IMG/VR virus record: IMGVR_UViG_2918987250_000001
Location: 32,001-96,000 of that record
DNA: 64,000 nucleotides
Strand: one strand, 5' to 3'
Origin: a virus
Lineage: Duplodnaviria; Caudoviricetes
In this document: piece by piece, positions 27,136 through 37,530 of the stretch
Layout of the letters: each line of letters opens with the position of its first letter
Numbering within the stretch: position 1 is the first letter of the stretch
The notes under the pieces: generated by a model
Seen by the model: the letters and a program-made list of their open reading frames with translations, nothing else
What the model was told of the DNA's origin: nothing
Databases searched by the model: none
Program-made: the position numbers and the translations under genes

Positions 27136-27495
27136 TTACGCGGGCCACGGCACTCCGTGATGTTCGAGGATCTGCTTCATCTCGACATGGCTCTTGGCGC
27201 CGTCGATGGCGAGATTGACCCGCTGGCGCTCGAGTTCGATCGTCAGGGCGAGCGCGTCCGAGGCCTCGACGATGGTCCGCGCCAGCCAGTAGGGCGCCAC
27301 ACCCCGCAGATCGGCCTCGGCGACGATGTAGGCCGACTCCTCCTCACGCAGCACCTTGTGCGCCTCGACCAGCTTCAGGGCGTCGGTGCGCGCGAGCGCG
27401 CTGTGCCGGGCCGCGTCCTGCTGGCCGGCGAAGTGCTCGATCGCGCTGGCGCGGGCGGCGAGCTTCAGGGCGTTGAGCGAGCGTCCGAAAATCAT
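27136..27495 (-). CDS. hypothetical tail-associated protein
   Basis: Coupled ORF downstream of J. Confidence 0.6.
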   Translation of the reverse strand: MIFGRSLNALKLAARASAIEHFAGQQDAARHSALARTDALKLVEAHKVLREEESAYIVAEADLRGVAPYWLARTIVEASDALALTIELERQRVNLAIDGAKSHVEMKQILEHHGVPWPA

Positions 27496-27929
27496 GCCGT
27501 CACCGTGAGCGTGAGCGTTGCGGGCAGGTAGGGGAAGGGCTCGCAGGTGAGCGTGTAGTCGCCCGGCGAGGTGAACCCGACGACGAGATCCCCGCCCTCG
27601 TGCTCGTGGGAGCCGCTCTCAGGCCCCTCGTAGGTGATCGTGCAAGCCGGGAGCCCCGGAAGGGTCGCTTCGGTCTCCACGGGCACGCTGGCCGGCCCGA
27701 AGACCCCGTCGAACACAGGACGCTTCGTGACGATGGGCTCGCCCGAGCTCGTGTCCACGTAGTCGAGCATGCGGTCGGCGTCGGCGAAGAGGACGGACTG
27801 CCCCTTCGGGCAGTTCTCCTCGCTCGCCTTCCAGCCCTGAATGCCGGTGCCGTGGATCCGACCCTGCGCGTCGTAGAACGCGAAGGGCCGGAGTTCGAGG
27901 TAGCCGGGGTGGATGTCGTGCTTAGTCAT
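27492..27929 (-). CDS. hypothetical tail-associated protein
   Basis: Directly downstream of J. Confidence 0.6.
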   Translation of the reverse strand: MTKHDIHPGYLELRPFAFYDAQGRIHGTGIQGWKASEENCPKGQSVLFADADRMLDYVDTSSGEPIVTKRPVFDGVFGPASVPVETEATLPGLPACTITYEGPESGSHEHEGGDLVVGFTSPGDYTLTCEPFPYLPATLTLTVTA

Positions 27930-27941
27930 GTCAGCGCTGAC

Positions 27942-30900
27942 TTACTTCGTAAGCTCGATAATGGAAAGGTTCATCCCCTCGGCGTAACCGGTCGAGGATT
28001 CGATCGTGTAGGAGTGGTAGCCCGGCCCCGGCTGGTGGACCACCTCGATCGGCGTGGTGCCCCAGTAGTAGTTCAGGAACCGGTCCATCCAGAAGTTCTG
28101 GGCGACCGTGGCGATGATCCAACGCCGGCTGCCGTCGTTGTCCGGGTTGAAGTAGATGTGCAGGTAGCCGGCGGACCGCGAGCCCCAGTTGGTGTTCGGG
28201 TTGTTCTGAGCGATGCCCCGGATCTGGAGCTTGGCCTCGTGCGAGCGCACGCCAACGCCGAGCACCTGCGCGCCGCCCGCACCCCAAGAGCCGGCAAGGG
28301 CCTGCGAGACCGCGCCGTTCTTGATGTTCGCCATATCGACTTCGAGGTAGCCGATCTTGGCCGAGGTGATGGCGCCGTTCTCGATCTTGGCGTTGTTGAT
28401 ACTGGCGTCGTCGATCATCGCGCGGGTGACGCGCAGGTCGCGGATGTAGGCGGCCGCAATCGAGGCGCCGTGCTGATCGACCTGCATGACGTGGTTGCCG
28501 TCGGGCGCGCGGATGATGAGGCCGTGCCGGCCGTCGTCACCCTCGCCCCAGAAGCGGCCGATGTTGCCGATCGACACCATCTCCGTGCCGGACGGTGCGA
28601 AGACGCGCATCATCCGGGTCGGCACGTCGAGCGAGAACCGCGGCGAGCCGATGTAGATCGCGCTGGAAACCGTGATGGTGCCCGCACCGATCTTGTCGGC
28701 CGTGACCTGATGGGCGCCGATGTGCTCAGCCTTGATGGCGCCGGCGGCGATCTTGTCGGCCTGGATGGCGCCGGCCGAGATCTCGTTGGCCGTGATCGTG
28801 CCCGTCTGAATGCGCGTGCCATCGATGATGGTCGAGCCCTTCAGGACGTTCAGCCCGAGGTAGCCGGAGTAGAACGCCATCGGCACAGCGTCCGGGTGCG
28901 CGTAGTCCCGGTTCCAGCCGCCGTTGCCGTCGTTCGACCAGTCGAGGTAGCCCCGACCCTTGAACCAGGTGACACCGAGCCAGCCGTTCCAGCCGACGGA
29001 GCCGGCGGCGATGGCCGTGTGCTGCTGGTTGCCGTTGTCATCGACCCAGGCGATGTGGCCCGAGGTCCAGGACAGCAGGCTGTCGGACTTGCGCGCCGTG
29101 AACTCGATGCCGAGGATCGTGAGCCCGCGGGCGCCGACCTTCAGCGAGTTGGCGGCGATCGAGTTGGCGGCGATGTAGCCGCCGTTCATCTGCGTGTTGT
29201 TGGGGCCGCCCAGCCAGGTCGTGAGCGAGTTTCCGCCCCCGATCTGGATGCGGTCGGCATAGATCGAGTTCGCGGCGATGTAGTCGCCCGTCAGGGTGTA
29301 GAAGGCGATCTGGTTGGCCGTGATCGTGTGCGCGGCGATCTTGTCGGCCGTGATGGTGCCGGCGATGACCTTTTCGGCATGCAGCGAGTTGGTCGCGACG
29401 ATGCCGCCGTCGATCACCGTCGAGGAGTTCGGGCTCCACGGCGAGAAAGCGCTCTGGTTGGCGTGCGCGTTGCCGAGGTAGAGGCCGGTCCAGAAGGTGT
29501 AGGGATCGACGCCACCATTCCAGGTGGTCCGGCAGATCGGCACCATCGTGACAGCGGTCGCCGGCGCGACGCCGAACACGGCCGAGCGCGGCCAGTTCGA
29601 GAGCACGCCGTTGGCGCCATTGGTCTCGAGCGTGTTGCCCCAGGCGATGCCGACTTCCTGGCCGGCCGCGTTGAGGAACTGGATCGCGACGGTCGCCTGG
29701 CAGCGGTGGACCGAGACGTAGGCCGAGAGCTCGTAGCGCCGGCCCGGCACGCACGGATAGTTGTTGACCCAGTCCGTCTGCGTGCGACGGCGCAGCACGT
29801 AGTCCGCGACCGAGCCGAAGCCCGGCGTGCCCGGACGGTGGACCATCGCCGAGCCCATGCCGGTCGGCGCCCAGTCACCGTTCCGGGAGACCGTCGGGGC
29901 GACACCGTCGCTCCACCAGTTCGCGACCCAGCCGCCGAGATTGTTCGTGAAGTCGGAGCCGAACAGCAGGTTGCCGTTACCGAGGCCCACGCCGATCTTG
30001 TCGGCCGTGATGGCGCCGGCCGCGATCTGCGCCGCCTGGATGGCGCCGGCCATGATCTGAGCGGACGTGATCGAATTGGCGACGATCCGGTCGGCCTGGA
30101 TCGAGTTCGCGCGGATCTCGTTGCCGGTGAGCGTGCCGAAGGCGATGTTCTCGGCAGCGATCGTCCGGGCGGCGATCTGGCCCGCGGTGATCGAGTAGGC
30201 GACGATATGCCGGGCCTCGATCGCGCTCGCGCTGACATGGATGGCGCGGATCGCGTTCGCGCCGATCTGGTCGGCCGTGATCGAGTTGGCGATCAGACGG
30301 TCGGCGTGAACCGAGCCAGCCTGGATCTGGGCGGACGTGATCGTGCCGGCGACGATGTGCCAGGCCGCGATCTGGTTGGCGGCGATGTTGGTCGCCGTCA
30401 GCGAGTAGGCCGCGACCTCGTAGGCGGTGATCGCGCCAGCGGCGATGTTGCCGGCCTGGATCGAGCGGAACGCGAGGTTCTCACCCGTGATGGTGCGAGC
30501 GGCGATCTCGCCGGCCGTGATCGTCCCCGCGATCAGGTTCGACGCGGAGATCGTGCGGCCCGCGATGCGGTCGCCCGTGATCGCACCGGCCATGATCTCG
30601 CCGGCGGTGATGGTGCCGGCCACGAGGTTGGCAGCCGTGATGGACCGGGCCGCGATGTTGGTGCCGGTGATGGTGTTGGCGGCGATGAGGTTGCCCGTCA
30701 GCGTGCCGACGGCGATCTGGTCGGCCGTGATGGCGCGCGCGGCGATCTGCTGAGCGGTGATCGAGTAGGCGATCAGGCGATCGGCATGGACCGAGCCGGC
30801 CTGGATCTGCGGCGACGCGATGGCGCCGTCGGTGATCTGGACGCGGGTGATCTTGCCGGCGAGCTTGCCGACGCCGACGGACGCGATCTGTCCATCGACC

Positions 30901-33900
30901 ACCTGGCCGATGAGCTTCGAGGCCTCGATGCCGGCGAGCTGGGCGGCCGTGAGCTGGCCCGCGAGCTGCGCGGCGTTGATGCTCTCGATCTGCGCAGCCG
31001 TCAGCTTGCCGATCAGCTTCGTGGCTTCGATCGCCTCGAGCTGGGCGGCCGTCAGCCTGCCGATCAGCTTCGTTGCCTCGATGGCCTCGAGCTGGCTCGC
31101 CTTGAGCTGACCGATGAGCTGGTTGACGCCCAGGCTCTCGATCTGGTCGGCGACGACCTTGCCGATGAGCTTGTTGGTCGAGATCGCCTCGAGCTGCTCG
31201 TCGGAGAGCTGGCCGGCGACCTTCGCGGCGTCGATCGCCGCGATCATCTCGTCGGTGATGAGGCCCTTGATGTCATCGACCGACACCTCGGCGATGACGA
31301 GCTCCCACTTGCCGTTCGTCAGCCGGTAGAGCTTGCCGTCTTCCTCGTTGGCGATGATCGTCGGGCCGTCGTAGCCGGCGACCGGCGGCAGACCCTTGGA
31401 CGTGCCGATGAGCGTCAGCCCGCGAGCAAAGCTCGTCTGGTCGAGAATGCCGGCCGCGATCTCCTGCTTGGTGATCTGCGGGGCGACGGCGCGGGCCGGG
31501 CCGACGAAGACCTTGCTCTCGGCATCCGACGTGTTGACCGTGCGGGCGAAGTAGAAGCGCTCGCCCGAGACCTGGAGCGTCGTGTCCCAGAAGGACTGCT
31601 GCCCCTTGCCGGCGCGGCCGATCAGCCGGCGCTCGCCGGCCACGGTGTCGGCCGCCCACAGTTCGACGTAGGCGAGATCGACCTGCTTCGGGTCCACCCA
31701 CGACAGGGAGACGGCGCCGAAGGTAGCCTCGGCCTCGAACTTCGTGACCGGGTCGGGCGGGACCTCGTTCTTGGCGAGGACGATCTCCTCGATCTCGGAC
31801 CAGCCGCTCGGGTAGCCCGAGGTGTTGAGCGCGCGCACGCGCACCTGGAGGATCTCGCCGGCCGGCAGGCGCGAGCGCTCCCACTTGGCGTCCAGCACCG
31901 GGTCGCGCGCCCAGGAGAGGTCCTGCTTGCGCTTGAACTCGATCTCGTAGCTCGCGAAGTTCGGGCTCGGGTTCGCATCCCACTCGGCGATCACGCGGGC
32001 GCTCGTGAAGTCAGCGCTGACTTCACTAATCGTGCGCAGCTTGAGCCCGGTCGGGATCTCGGGCGCGACGTTGTCGATGACCTTGTTGGTGACGAGCACC
32101 CGCTGCTCGGGGCTGATATTCAGCCCTTCCTTGCCGAAGGCGTCGTAGGCGGCGAAGCGGACGTAGTAGTAGGTGTCCTTCAGCACCGGCAGGTTGATGA
32201 GCGTGTTCGGCCCGTCGTAGGTCGGCCGGGTCTTGAGCGGGTCGAAGCCCTGGTCGCGCTCCAGCCACACGAGGCCACCCATCCAGTCGAGATCGGCCGG
32301 GCGGTCGTAGGAGACGAACACGCTCTCGGTCGTCGGACGCACGTCCGGGATAATCATCTCCGGCGCCGGGTTCTCGCAGACGAGCGAGGCCGGCAGGCTC
32401 TCGCGCGAGATCGCGTCGCGGGCGCGGACCTGGACCCAGAACTTGCGGCGCGGGCCGCCGTCGGCGACGTTGCGGTCGAAGCCGTAGGTGAAGGTCGCGC
32501 TCGTCGAGAGGTGGTCCGACAGGAGCTCGCGGCTCTCCAGGTCGAAGACGCGGACCACGTAGTCGATCTCGTAGGGGATCGTGCCCTCGGGCCAGGCGAC
32601 ATCCCAGTCGAGGACGCAGTCGCGCGAGGAGAACCGACCGCCCTCGCCGCCGCGGACGCGCAGGTTGGTGATGGACGGGCCGGCCAGGCCCTCCCAGCCC
32701 TTGATCGTGAAGGCCTTCTCGGTGGCCTCGGAGCGCAGATTGCCCGCGCCGACGGCCGTGACGTAGACGGTGTAGTCGCCCGAGCGCAGGTCGATCAGCG
32801 TCATCGACGGCGCGGTCGTGGTGCCGAGATCCTGCTCGCCGTCCGGGCCGGCGAGGAAGACGCTGTAGGCGCTCGAGAGCCAGTCGTTGGCCGGCGACCA
32901 GGAGATCGTGGTCTCCGTGACCGGCACGCCGTTGCGGAACGTCTGGTGCTCGCGCACGTCGATGTTCGTGACCGGGCGGATGGTCGTCTTCGGGCGCGTG
33001 TAGCGGATCGGGTCGAGGACGATGCCTTCCTCGACGCGGGCATACTTCTGGGGATCGTGGAACAGCGCCGCGATCTTGAAGGTGTTCTTCTTGGGCTCGG
33101 TGACGAGCAGCACGCGATACTGGCGCGGGGCGACATCGGTGCCGGTGATCGCCCACATGGCGCCGGGCACGATCGGGCCGGACAGGTCGCTCTCGAGGAT
33201 GGCGACGAGGTTGTTCTCGGCCCAGCCGACGATGGCGCGGGTCTCGAGCTCGCCCGAGGCCAGCACGACGGACAGCCGGTAGCTGGAGCCGGCCAGCGGC
33301 ACGAACGCCTTGTCGAGCGTGATGCGGCGCCCGTCGCGGTCGGCCACACGGCCACCGATGCGGGTCTGAGCCTTGCGCGGATCGGCAACCGCGATGATGT
33401 CGCCGGGCTTGATCGGGTCCTTGGCGAGCGCGTCGAGACCCATCTCGAACTCGACCGTCTCGGTCGCCGTGTGCTCGGTGTCGAGCGTCCAGCGGCCGAT
33501 GCGGTGCGCCATGCCGCGGCTCGTGCAGCCGTGCGCCTGGATGTCGGTCGAGCGCCAGCCGAAGCGGTCGAGCGCCTCGTCGTGCTGCACGACTTCGATC
33601 GCCGGGCGGTAGTAGTCCTCGGGATCGTTCCACGAGACCATCGCGACCGAGTTGCGGGTCTTCTTGGCCGTGCGGGAATACTTGAAGGCGCCGCCGAGCA
33701 CGTTGGCCGGGGCGAGGATCTTCGTGTAGTCGGCCGGCATGTCGGCGACAGCGAAGACCTGCCCGACCGACCAGAAGGCCATGCCGCGGAAGCTCGTCGT
33801 GATCTGCTGGAGCACCTTGAAGGCGTCGTCACGCGAGTTGATGACGCCGTTGTAGGTGTAGCGGGGTTCCTTGCCGCCCTTGCCGTCGTCCACGAGCTCA

Positions 33901-34949
33901 TCGCACCAGCGCGCGATGGCGTAGAGGCCGAACTTGTCCACCTTCGAGGCGTCGATGAACTCGCCCAGACCGTAGCGGTTGTTCGTGAGCAGGTCGTAGA
34001 AGATCCACGCCGGGTTGTTGGTCCAGGCGCGCTTGAAGCCGCCCTGCCAGAAGCCGTCGTAGGTGCGGGTCTCCGGGTTGTAGTTGTCCGGGACCTGGAT
34101 GATGAGGCCCTTGACGTGGAAGAACCGGCTCGGGATCGACGTGCCGAAGTTCTGCGCGTCCACGACGAGCTTCACGAGCGCCGTGTTCGGGTAGGTGAAC
34201 TTGCCCTCGACGATCTGGGTGTAGCTCTCCCAGACCAGCGAGTTCTGGTGCCACTCGACGTTGGCGTCGGGGTTGATCTTGCGGACGCGGATCGACCACG
34301 GGAAGCCGTAATCCGGCAGCTCGATCACCGACGCCTTCTGGTAGGGCGAGGTGGTCTTCTGCTGCTGAAACAGCTCGCGCTTGACCGCTTCCCACTGGCC
34401 GCCGTTGGGCCGGCGCTCGATCACGTAGTCGAGGTCGGTCGGCAGGAGCGAGCCGTTGTTCTGGTCCTGGATCACCAGGCTCGGGATCGAGGCGATGATG
34501 CGGACAGCCGTGGTGTTGCGGTCGGCGATGACGCGCACGGGCGGCTGCTGGGCCGACTTCACCTCGACGTTGACGGCGAAGGTGGTCTCCGCGGTCGCCG
34601 TGCCGGTGAGCATCTCCTGATCGGGCAGGCCGGTGCGCTGCTCCCAGTCCACGCCCTTGAAGTTGTAGCTGTCGTCCGAGGCGTTCTGGAGCGGCGTCTG
34701 GTCGAAGTAGATCGACTTGGCCCCGTTCACGAGGCCGACGATCTCGCCCTCGCCCAGGACCTCGATGATCTTGGCCTTGGCGTTGGAGCGCAGGGTGTTG
34801 TTGGCATCGGACTTCTGCGAGCCCTTGCCGCCCTTGCCGCCGCCACCCATGAGGCCGCCGGAGCCGACGATCTCGTTGAAATCGGTCGGGACGTTCGAAA
34901 AGTCAGTGCTGACTGACTCGTGAGGACGTGCGTCTTCCATCTCGCTCAT
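27942..34949 (-). CDS. tail tip / host-specificity protein J with long repeat extension
   Basis: GGGGKGG, EVLGEGEIVGL, YPNTA, WTNNPAWIFYDLL..RYG, FN3 domains; 2335 aa. Confidence 0.93.
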   Translation of the reverse strand: MSEMEDARPHESVSTDFSNVPTDFNEIVGSGGLMGGGGKGGKGSQKSDANNTLRSNAKAKIIEVLGEGEIVGLVNGAKSIYFDQTPLQNASDDSYNFKGVDWEQRTGLPDQEMLTGTATAETTFAVNVEVKSAQQPPVRVIADRNTTAVRIIASIPSLVIQDQNNGSLLPTDLDYVIERRPNGGQWEAVKRELFQQQKTTSPYQKASVIELPDYGFPWSIRVRKINPDANVEWHQNSLVWESYTQIVEGKFTYPNTALVKLVVDAQNFGTSIPSRFFHVKGLIIQVPDNYNPETRTYDGFWQGGFKRAWTNNPAWIFYDLLTNNRYGLGEFIDASKVDKFGLYAIARWCDELVDDGKGGKEPRYTYNGVINSRDDAFKVLQQITTSFRGMAFWSVGQVFAVADMPADYTKILAPANVLGGAFKYSRTAKKTRNSVAMVSWNDPEDYYRPAIEVVQHDEALDRFGWRSTDIQAHGCTSRGMAHRIGRWTLDTEHTATETVEFEMGLDALAKDPIKPGDIIAVADPRKAQTRIGGRVADRDGRRITLDKAFVPLAGSSYRLSVVLASGELETRAIVGWAENNLVAILESDLSGPIVPGAMWAITGTDVAPRQYRVLLVTEPKKNTFKIAALFHDPQKYARVEEGIVLDPIRYTRPKTTIRPVTNIDVREHQTFRNGVPVTETTISWSPANDWLSSAYSVFLAGPDGEQDLGTTTAPSMTLIDLRSGDYTVYVTAVGAGNLRSEATEKAFTIKGWEGLAGPSITNLRVRGGEGGRFSSRDCVLDWDVAWPEGTIPYEIDYVVRVFDLESRELLSDHLSTSATFTYGFDRNVADGGPRRKFWVQVRARDAISRESLPASLVCENPAPEMIIPDVRPTTESVFVSYDRPADLDWMGGLVWLERDQGFDPLKTRPTYDGPNTLINLPVLKDTYYYVRFAAYDAFGKEGLNISPEQRVLVTNKVIDNVAPEIPTGLKLRTISEVSADFTSARVIAEWDANPSPNFASYEIEFKRKQDLSWARDPVLDAKWERSRLPAGEILQVRVRALNTSGYPSGWSEIEEIVLAKNEVPPDPVTKFEAEATFGAVSLSWVDPKQVDLAYVELWAADTVAGERRLIGRAGKGQQSFWDTTLQVSGERFYFARTVNTSDAESKVFVGPARAVAPQITKQEIAAGILDQTSFARGLTLIGTSKGLPPVAGYDGPTIIANEEDGKLYRLTNGKWELVIAEVSVDDIKGLITDEMIAAIDAAKVAGQLSDEQLEAISTNKLIGKVVADQIESLGVNQLIGQLKASQLEAIEATKLIGRLTAAQLEAIEATKLIGKLTAAQIESINAAQLAGQLTAAQLAGIEASKLIGQVVDGQIASVGVGKLAGKITRVQITDGAIASPQIQAGSVHADRLIAYSITAQQIAARAITADQIAVGTLTGNLIAANTITGTNIAARSITAANLVAGTITAGEIMAGAITGDRIAGRTISASNLIAGTITAGEIAARTITGENLAFRSIQAGNIAAGAITAYEVAAYSLTATNIAANQIAAWHIVAGTITSAQIQAGSVHADRLIANSITADQIGANAIRAIHVSASAIEARHIVAYSITAGQIAARTIAAENIAFGTLTGNEIRANSIQADRIVANSITSAQIMAGAIQAAQIAAGAITADKIGVGLGNGNLLFGSDFTNNLGGWVANWWSDGVAPTVSRNGDWAPTGMGSAMVHRPGTPGFGSVADYVLRRRTQTDWVNNYPCVPGRRYELSAYVSVHRCQATVAIQFLNAAGQEVGIAWGNTLETNGANGVLSNWPRSAVFGVAPATAVTMVPICRTTWNGGVDPYTFWTGLYLGNAHANQSAFSPWSPNSSTVIDGGIVATNSLHAEKVIAGTITADKIAAHTITANQIAFYTLTGDYIAANSIYADRIQIGGGNSLTTWLGGPNNTQMNGGYIAANSIAANSLKVGARGLTILGIEFTARKSDSLLSWTSGHIAWVDDNGNQQHTAIAAGSVGWNGWLGVTWFKGRGYLDWSNDGNGGWNRDYAHPDAVPMAFYSGYLGLNVLKGSTIIDGTRIQTGTITANEISAGAIQADKIAAGAIKAEHIGAHQVTADKIGAGTITVSSAIYIGSPRFSLDVPTRMMRVFAPSGTEMVSIGNIGRFWGEGDDGRHGLIIRAPDGNHVMQVDQHGASIAAAYIRDLRVTRAMIDDASINNAKIENGAITSAKIGYLEVDMANIKNGAVSQALAGSWGAGGAQVLGVGVRSHEAKLQIRGIAQNNPNTNWGSRSAGYLHIYFNPDNDGSRRWIIATVAQNFWMDRFLNYYWGTTPIEVVHQPGPGYHSYTIESSTGYAEGMNLSIIELTK

Positions 34950-34953
34950 CGGC

Positions 34954-35595
34954 CTACTGCTGCGTCCAAGTCGTCACGTCACCCATCGGAATGTCTTCGG
35001 CGTCGATGCTGGTCGAGCCGGGGATCGAGCCCGTCATCACTTCCCCGTAGATCAGCGCGACCGGGTTGCCCTGCGCCTGCGCGTTGCCGGGGCCGTTGAG
35101 CGAGAAGGAATCCTCCTTCTTGACCTCGTCCTTGGCCTCGTCCTTCTTCGCCATCATCTGCGCGGCGCCGGAGACGGCCATGCCGAGACCGAGCATCGCC
35201 ACCGTGCCCCACATGCCGCCGCCGGCCAGGCCCGCGAGCGGGGCGGCGAGCGTGCCGCCCGAGGCGAAGATCGCGATGCCGACGAGGGCGACGCCGAGGA
35301 TCATCTTGAGCATGCCGCCGCCCTTGCCGCCGCTCTTCTTCGAGCCGGCCACGACCGGCACGAGGTGCAGGTCGGCATTGCCGAGGCGGAACTCGTTGAT
35401 GTCGCCCTCACCCAGCCGCAGGCCGGACTTGCGCTTGCCGCGGATGACCTCGTAGGCGCCCTTCTTCAGCTCCTCGAGGAAGCCGGGCACCTGGAGCGCG
35501 ATCCCGCGGATGCACTCACCTACGGTCGCGGCGTCGAGCTTGAACTCGGGGCCGAACATGCGCTTGAGGCGGCCGTAGAGGATGACCCTACGCAT
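34954..35595 (-). CDS. tail assembly protein I
   Basis: MRRVILYG.L...FG; LHLVPVVAGS; QGNPVALIYGE. Confidence 0.88.
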   Translation of the reverse strand: MRRVILYGRLKRMFGPEFKLDAATVGECIRGIALQVPGFLEELKKGAYEVIRGKRKSGLRLGEGDINEFRLGNADLHLVPVVAGSKKSGGKGGGMLKMILGVALVGIAIFASGGTLAAPLAGLAGGGMWGTVAMLGLGMAVSGAAQMMAKKDEAKDEVKKEDSFSLNGPGNAQAQGNPVALIYGEVMTGSIPGSTSIDAEDIPMGDVTTWTQQ

Positions 35596-36403
35596 GGGAG
35601 CGTTCCTGTTCTTCGAGGTAGCGGTCGAGGCTCTCGTGGCGCAGCCACTTCTCGACGGCGCGCAGCCAGACGCCGATCGGCTCGCGGCGCGAGACACGGG
35701 TCGGCAGGTGATGCAGGATGAGGTTCGAGCCGACGTAGATGCCGCCGTGGTTGAGCGTTGCGAACTTGTGCCCGAGCTTCATCAGGAAGCAGTCGCCGGG
35801 CAGGACCTCGCTCTGCTTGATCTCGCGGAAGCCGACGTTGCGGAAATCGTCGTAGAGGGAGCGGTGCGTCGCCTCGACGCTCGCATCCCACCAGCCGTCC
35901 GCGCGGGCCTGCGGGCGCAGCTCCACGGGCTCGAGCATCCACTCGCTCGTGACGCCCTGGCGCGCGAGCTCGTCCTTGCCGGCGGCGAAGGTGTGGCGCA
36001 CGAGCTCGTAGCAGTCGGTGACGCCGTGCCGGAACGGGCGCTCAAGGATCGGCCCCTGATCGACGGTGTCGCCCCAGATGATCGGGTCGGCGCATTCCTC
36101 GCCGTTGGTCGGGATGATGACCCACGGCAGATCCATGGAGATCTGGCCGATCATGTCGCTCTCGGACGGGAACAGCGGCCCGTCCGGGTGCGAGTGGATG
36201 ACGGCCTGGATCTCGCGGCCCTCTTCGCGCAGCTTCTTCTGGATGAAGGCGGCGATGACGAAGTCGCGCTCGGGGTCGGTCGCATAGTTGATGCAGGGCA
36301 GGTAGGCGCCATCCACGAGCAGACCGCAGGCCTCCTTGGGGTAGTCGCGTAGAGCATGCGCCTGGGCGGCTTCGCGCGCCGCCAACGGGAGAACGAAGCT
36401 CAC
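35588..36403 (-). CDS. tail tip protein K (JAB/MPN + NlpC/P60)
   Basis: YPKEACG, IHSHP....PS..D, GVTDCY, NHGGIY...ILHH. Confidence 0.9.
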   Translation of the reverse strand: MSFVLPLAAREAAQAHALRDYPKEACGLLVDGAYLPCINYATDPERDFVIAAFIQKKLREEGREIQAVIHSHPDGPLFPSESDMIGQISMDLPWVIIPTNGEECADPIIWGDTVDQGPILERPFRHGVTDCYELVRHTFAAGKDELARQGVTSEWMLEPVELRPQARADGWWDASVEATHRSLYDDFRNVGFREIKQSEVLPGDCFLMKLGHKFATLNHGGIYVGSNLILHHLPTRVSRREPIGVWLRAVEKWLRHESLDRYLEEQERSHA

Positions 36404-37113
36404 GACTGCCGCACCCGCGCCATGCCGGGGAAAGACCAGGTCGGCAGGCTGTTGCCCTTGCCGAAGCGCTTCTCGCAGTCCGACAGGCGCCGGCCGCAGG
36501 CGTCCTTGGACGGGTCGTTGGTCGGCTCGCCCATGCGGGTGAAGCAGGCGCCGCCCGTGTAGGGGCAGCTCGCCTTGGAATAGTCGAACGCGCCGCCCTT
36601 GAAGGCGCGGTAGCGGGCAAGGCAGGTGTCGCGGAGCATCTGCCGGCCCGGCAGCTTGCGGCCCTGCTGGTCGAAGGCGGCCGAGAGCTCGAACTCGATG
36701 TAGACCGGGTTCTCGTCCGAGAGCTGCTCGATCTCGAAGGTGTCCGGGCCGTAGAAGGCCTGCGGGTCGGCCTCCTCGGCGCCGTCGAGATACTGGGCGT
36801 AGGTGCGCACGCGCTGGACCGGGCAGCCGATCAGCCCGTCGCCGAACGTGTTGACGAGGCCCTGGATGACCTCGTTGGTGTTGGAGAAGCGGATCTTGGG
36901 CTGGGGCAGCGCGCCCTGGGCGCTGGTCTCGTAGTTGTCGAAGTCGAAATCGACGGCCGTGTATTCCACGCCGCCGAACTTGACGTTGCCGTCGGCGTGC
37001 GCCGCCTGGGCGAAGTAGTAGACCCGGCCACCGATCGCAGTCGCGTCCATGCGGAACAGGAACACCTGGTTCCCGAACGAGCCGCTCTGAACATTTGCGT
37101 GGATCGACGACAT
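36400..37113 (-). CDS. minor tail protein L
   Basis: RVRTYAQYLD, FELSAAFD, LPGRQ..C, C..C..RF Fe-S cysteines. Confidence 0.9.
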   Translation of the reverse strand: MSSIHANVQSGSFGNQVFLFRMDATAIGGRVYYFAQAAHADGNVKFGGVEYTAVDFDFDNYETSAQGALPQPKIRFSNTNEVIQGLVNTFGDGLIGCPVQRVRTYAQYLDGAEEADPQAFYGPDTFEIEQLSDENPVYIEFELSAAFDQQGRKLPGRQMLRDTCLARYRAFKGGAFDYSKASCPYTGGACFTRMGEPTNDPSKDACGRRLSDCEKRFGKGNSLPTWSFPGMARVRQS

Positions 37114-37137
37114 GGATGCCCTCAAAGGAAGGCATCC

Positions 37138-37166
37138 ATAATAAGTCAGCGCTGACTTACCTACAA
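37138..37166 (-). promoter_or_regulatory. sigma70-type promoter with palindromic operator as spacer (upstream of L)
   Basis: TTGTAG-GTAAGTCAGCGCTGACT(17)-TATTAT. Confidence 0.65.
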
Positions 37167-37167
37167 G

Positions 37168-37509
37168 CTAGACCAAAAGGAACGACTGGCGCAGCGTGCA
37201 TTCGAAGGTGTTCGGGGTCTTCTCGCTCCGCTGCCAGTCCTTGCAGGTCGCCTTGATCCGCTGGCCGTTGGCGCGGGTGAAGTAGAACGGCTGCGTTCCG
37301 CCGTGCTCTTCCATGAACCGCTCCAGCGCGTCGGCCTGCTCGACGGTGAGGACCTCCCACGACAGGGAGACCACCTTGCGAATGTGGTTCATCCCGTCAT
37401 GGCCGGCCTGGGTGTAGCCCTCGCCGAACTCCGACTCGAGGAGCTTCAGCTCGGGCTTGTTGGTGGCCTCGGACGGCCGGGGCTGGGGATCGAAGGTCTT
37501 GAGTGCCAT
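37168..37509 (-). CDS. distal tail protein M
   Basis: FGEGYTQ...GMN; F...HGG.PFYF; C..W. Confidence 0.88.
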   Translation of the reverse strand: MALKTFDPQPRPSEATNKPELKLLESEFGEGYTQAGHDGMNHIRKVVSLSWEVLTVEQADALERFMEEHGGTQPFYFTRANGQRIKATCKDWQRSEKTPNTFECTLRQSFLLV

Positions 37510-37530
37510 GTCGTGTCAGTCCTAACTTGC

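Noticed and set aside
27600-34916. 2438-aa plus-strand ORF, and similar long antisense ORFs such as 37303-42315 and 19863-21992
   Set aside because: Shadow frames of real minus-strand genes (J, tape measure, fibre) caused by high-GC codon bias; no recognisable motifs.
19635-34949. Diversity-generating retroelement or invertible tail-fibre cassette
   Set aside because: No reverse transcriptase, no template/variable repeat pair with adenine-specific mismatches, and no invertase seen in the window.
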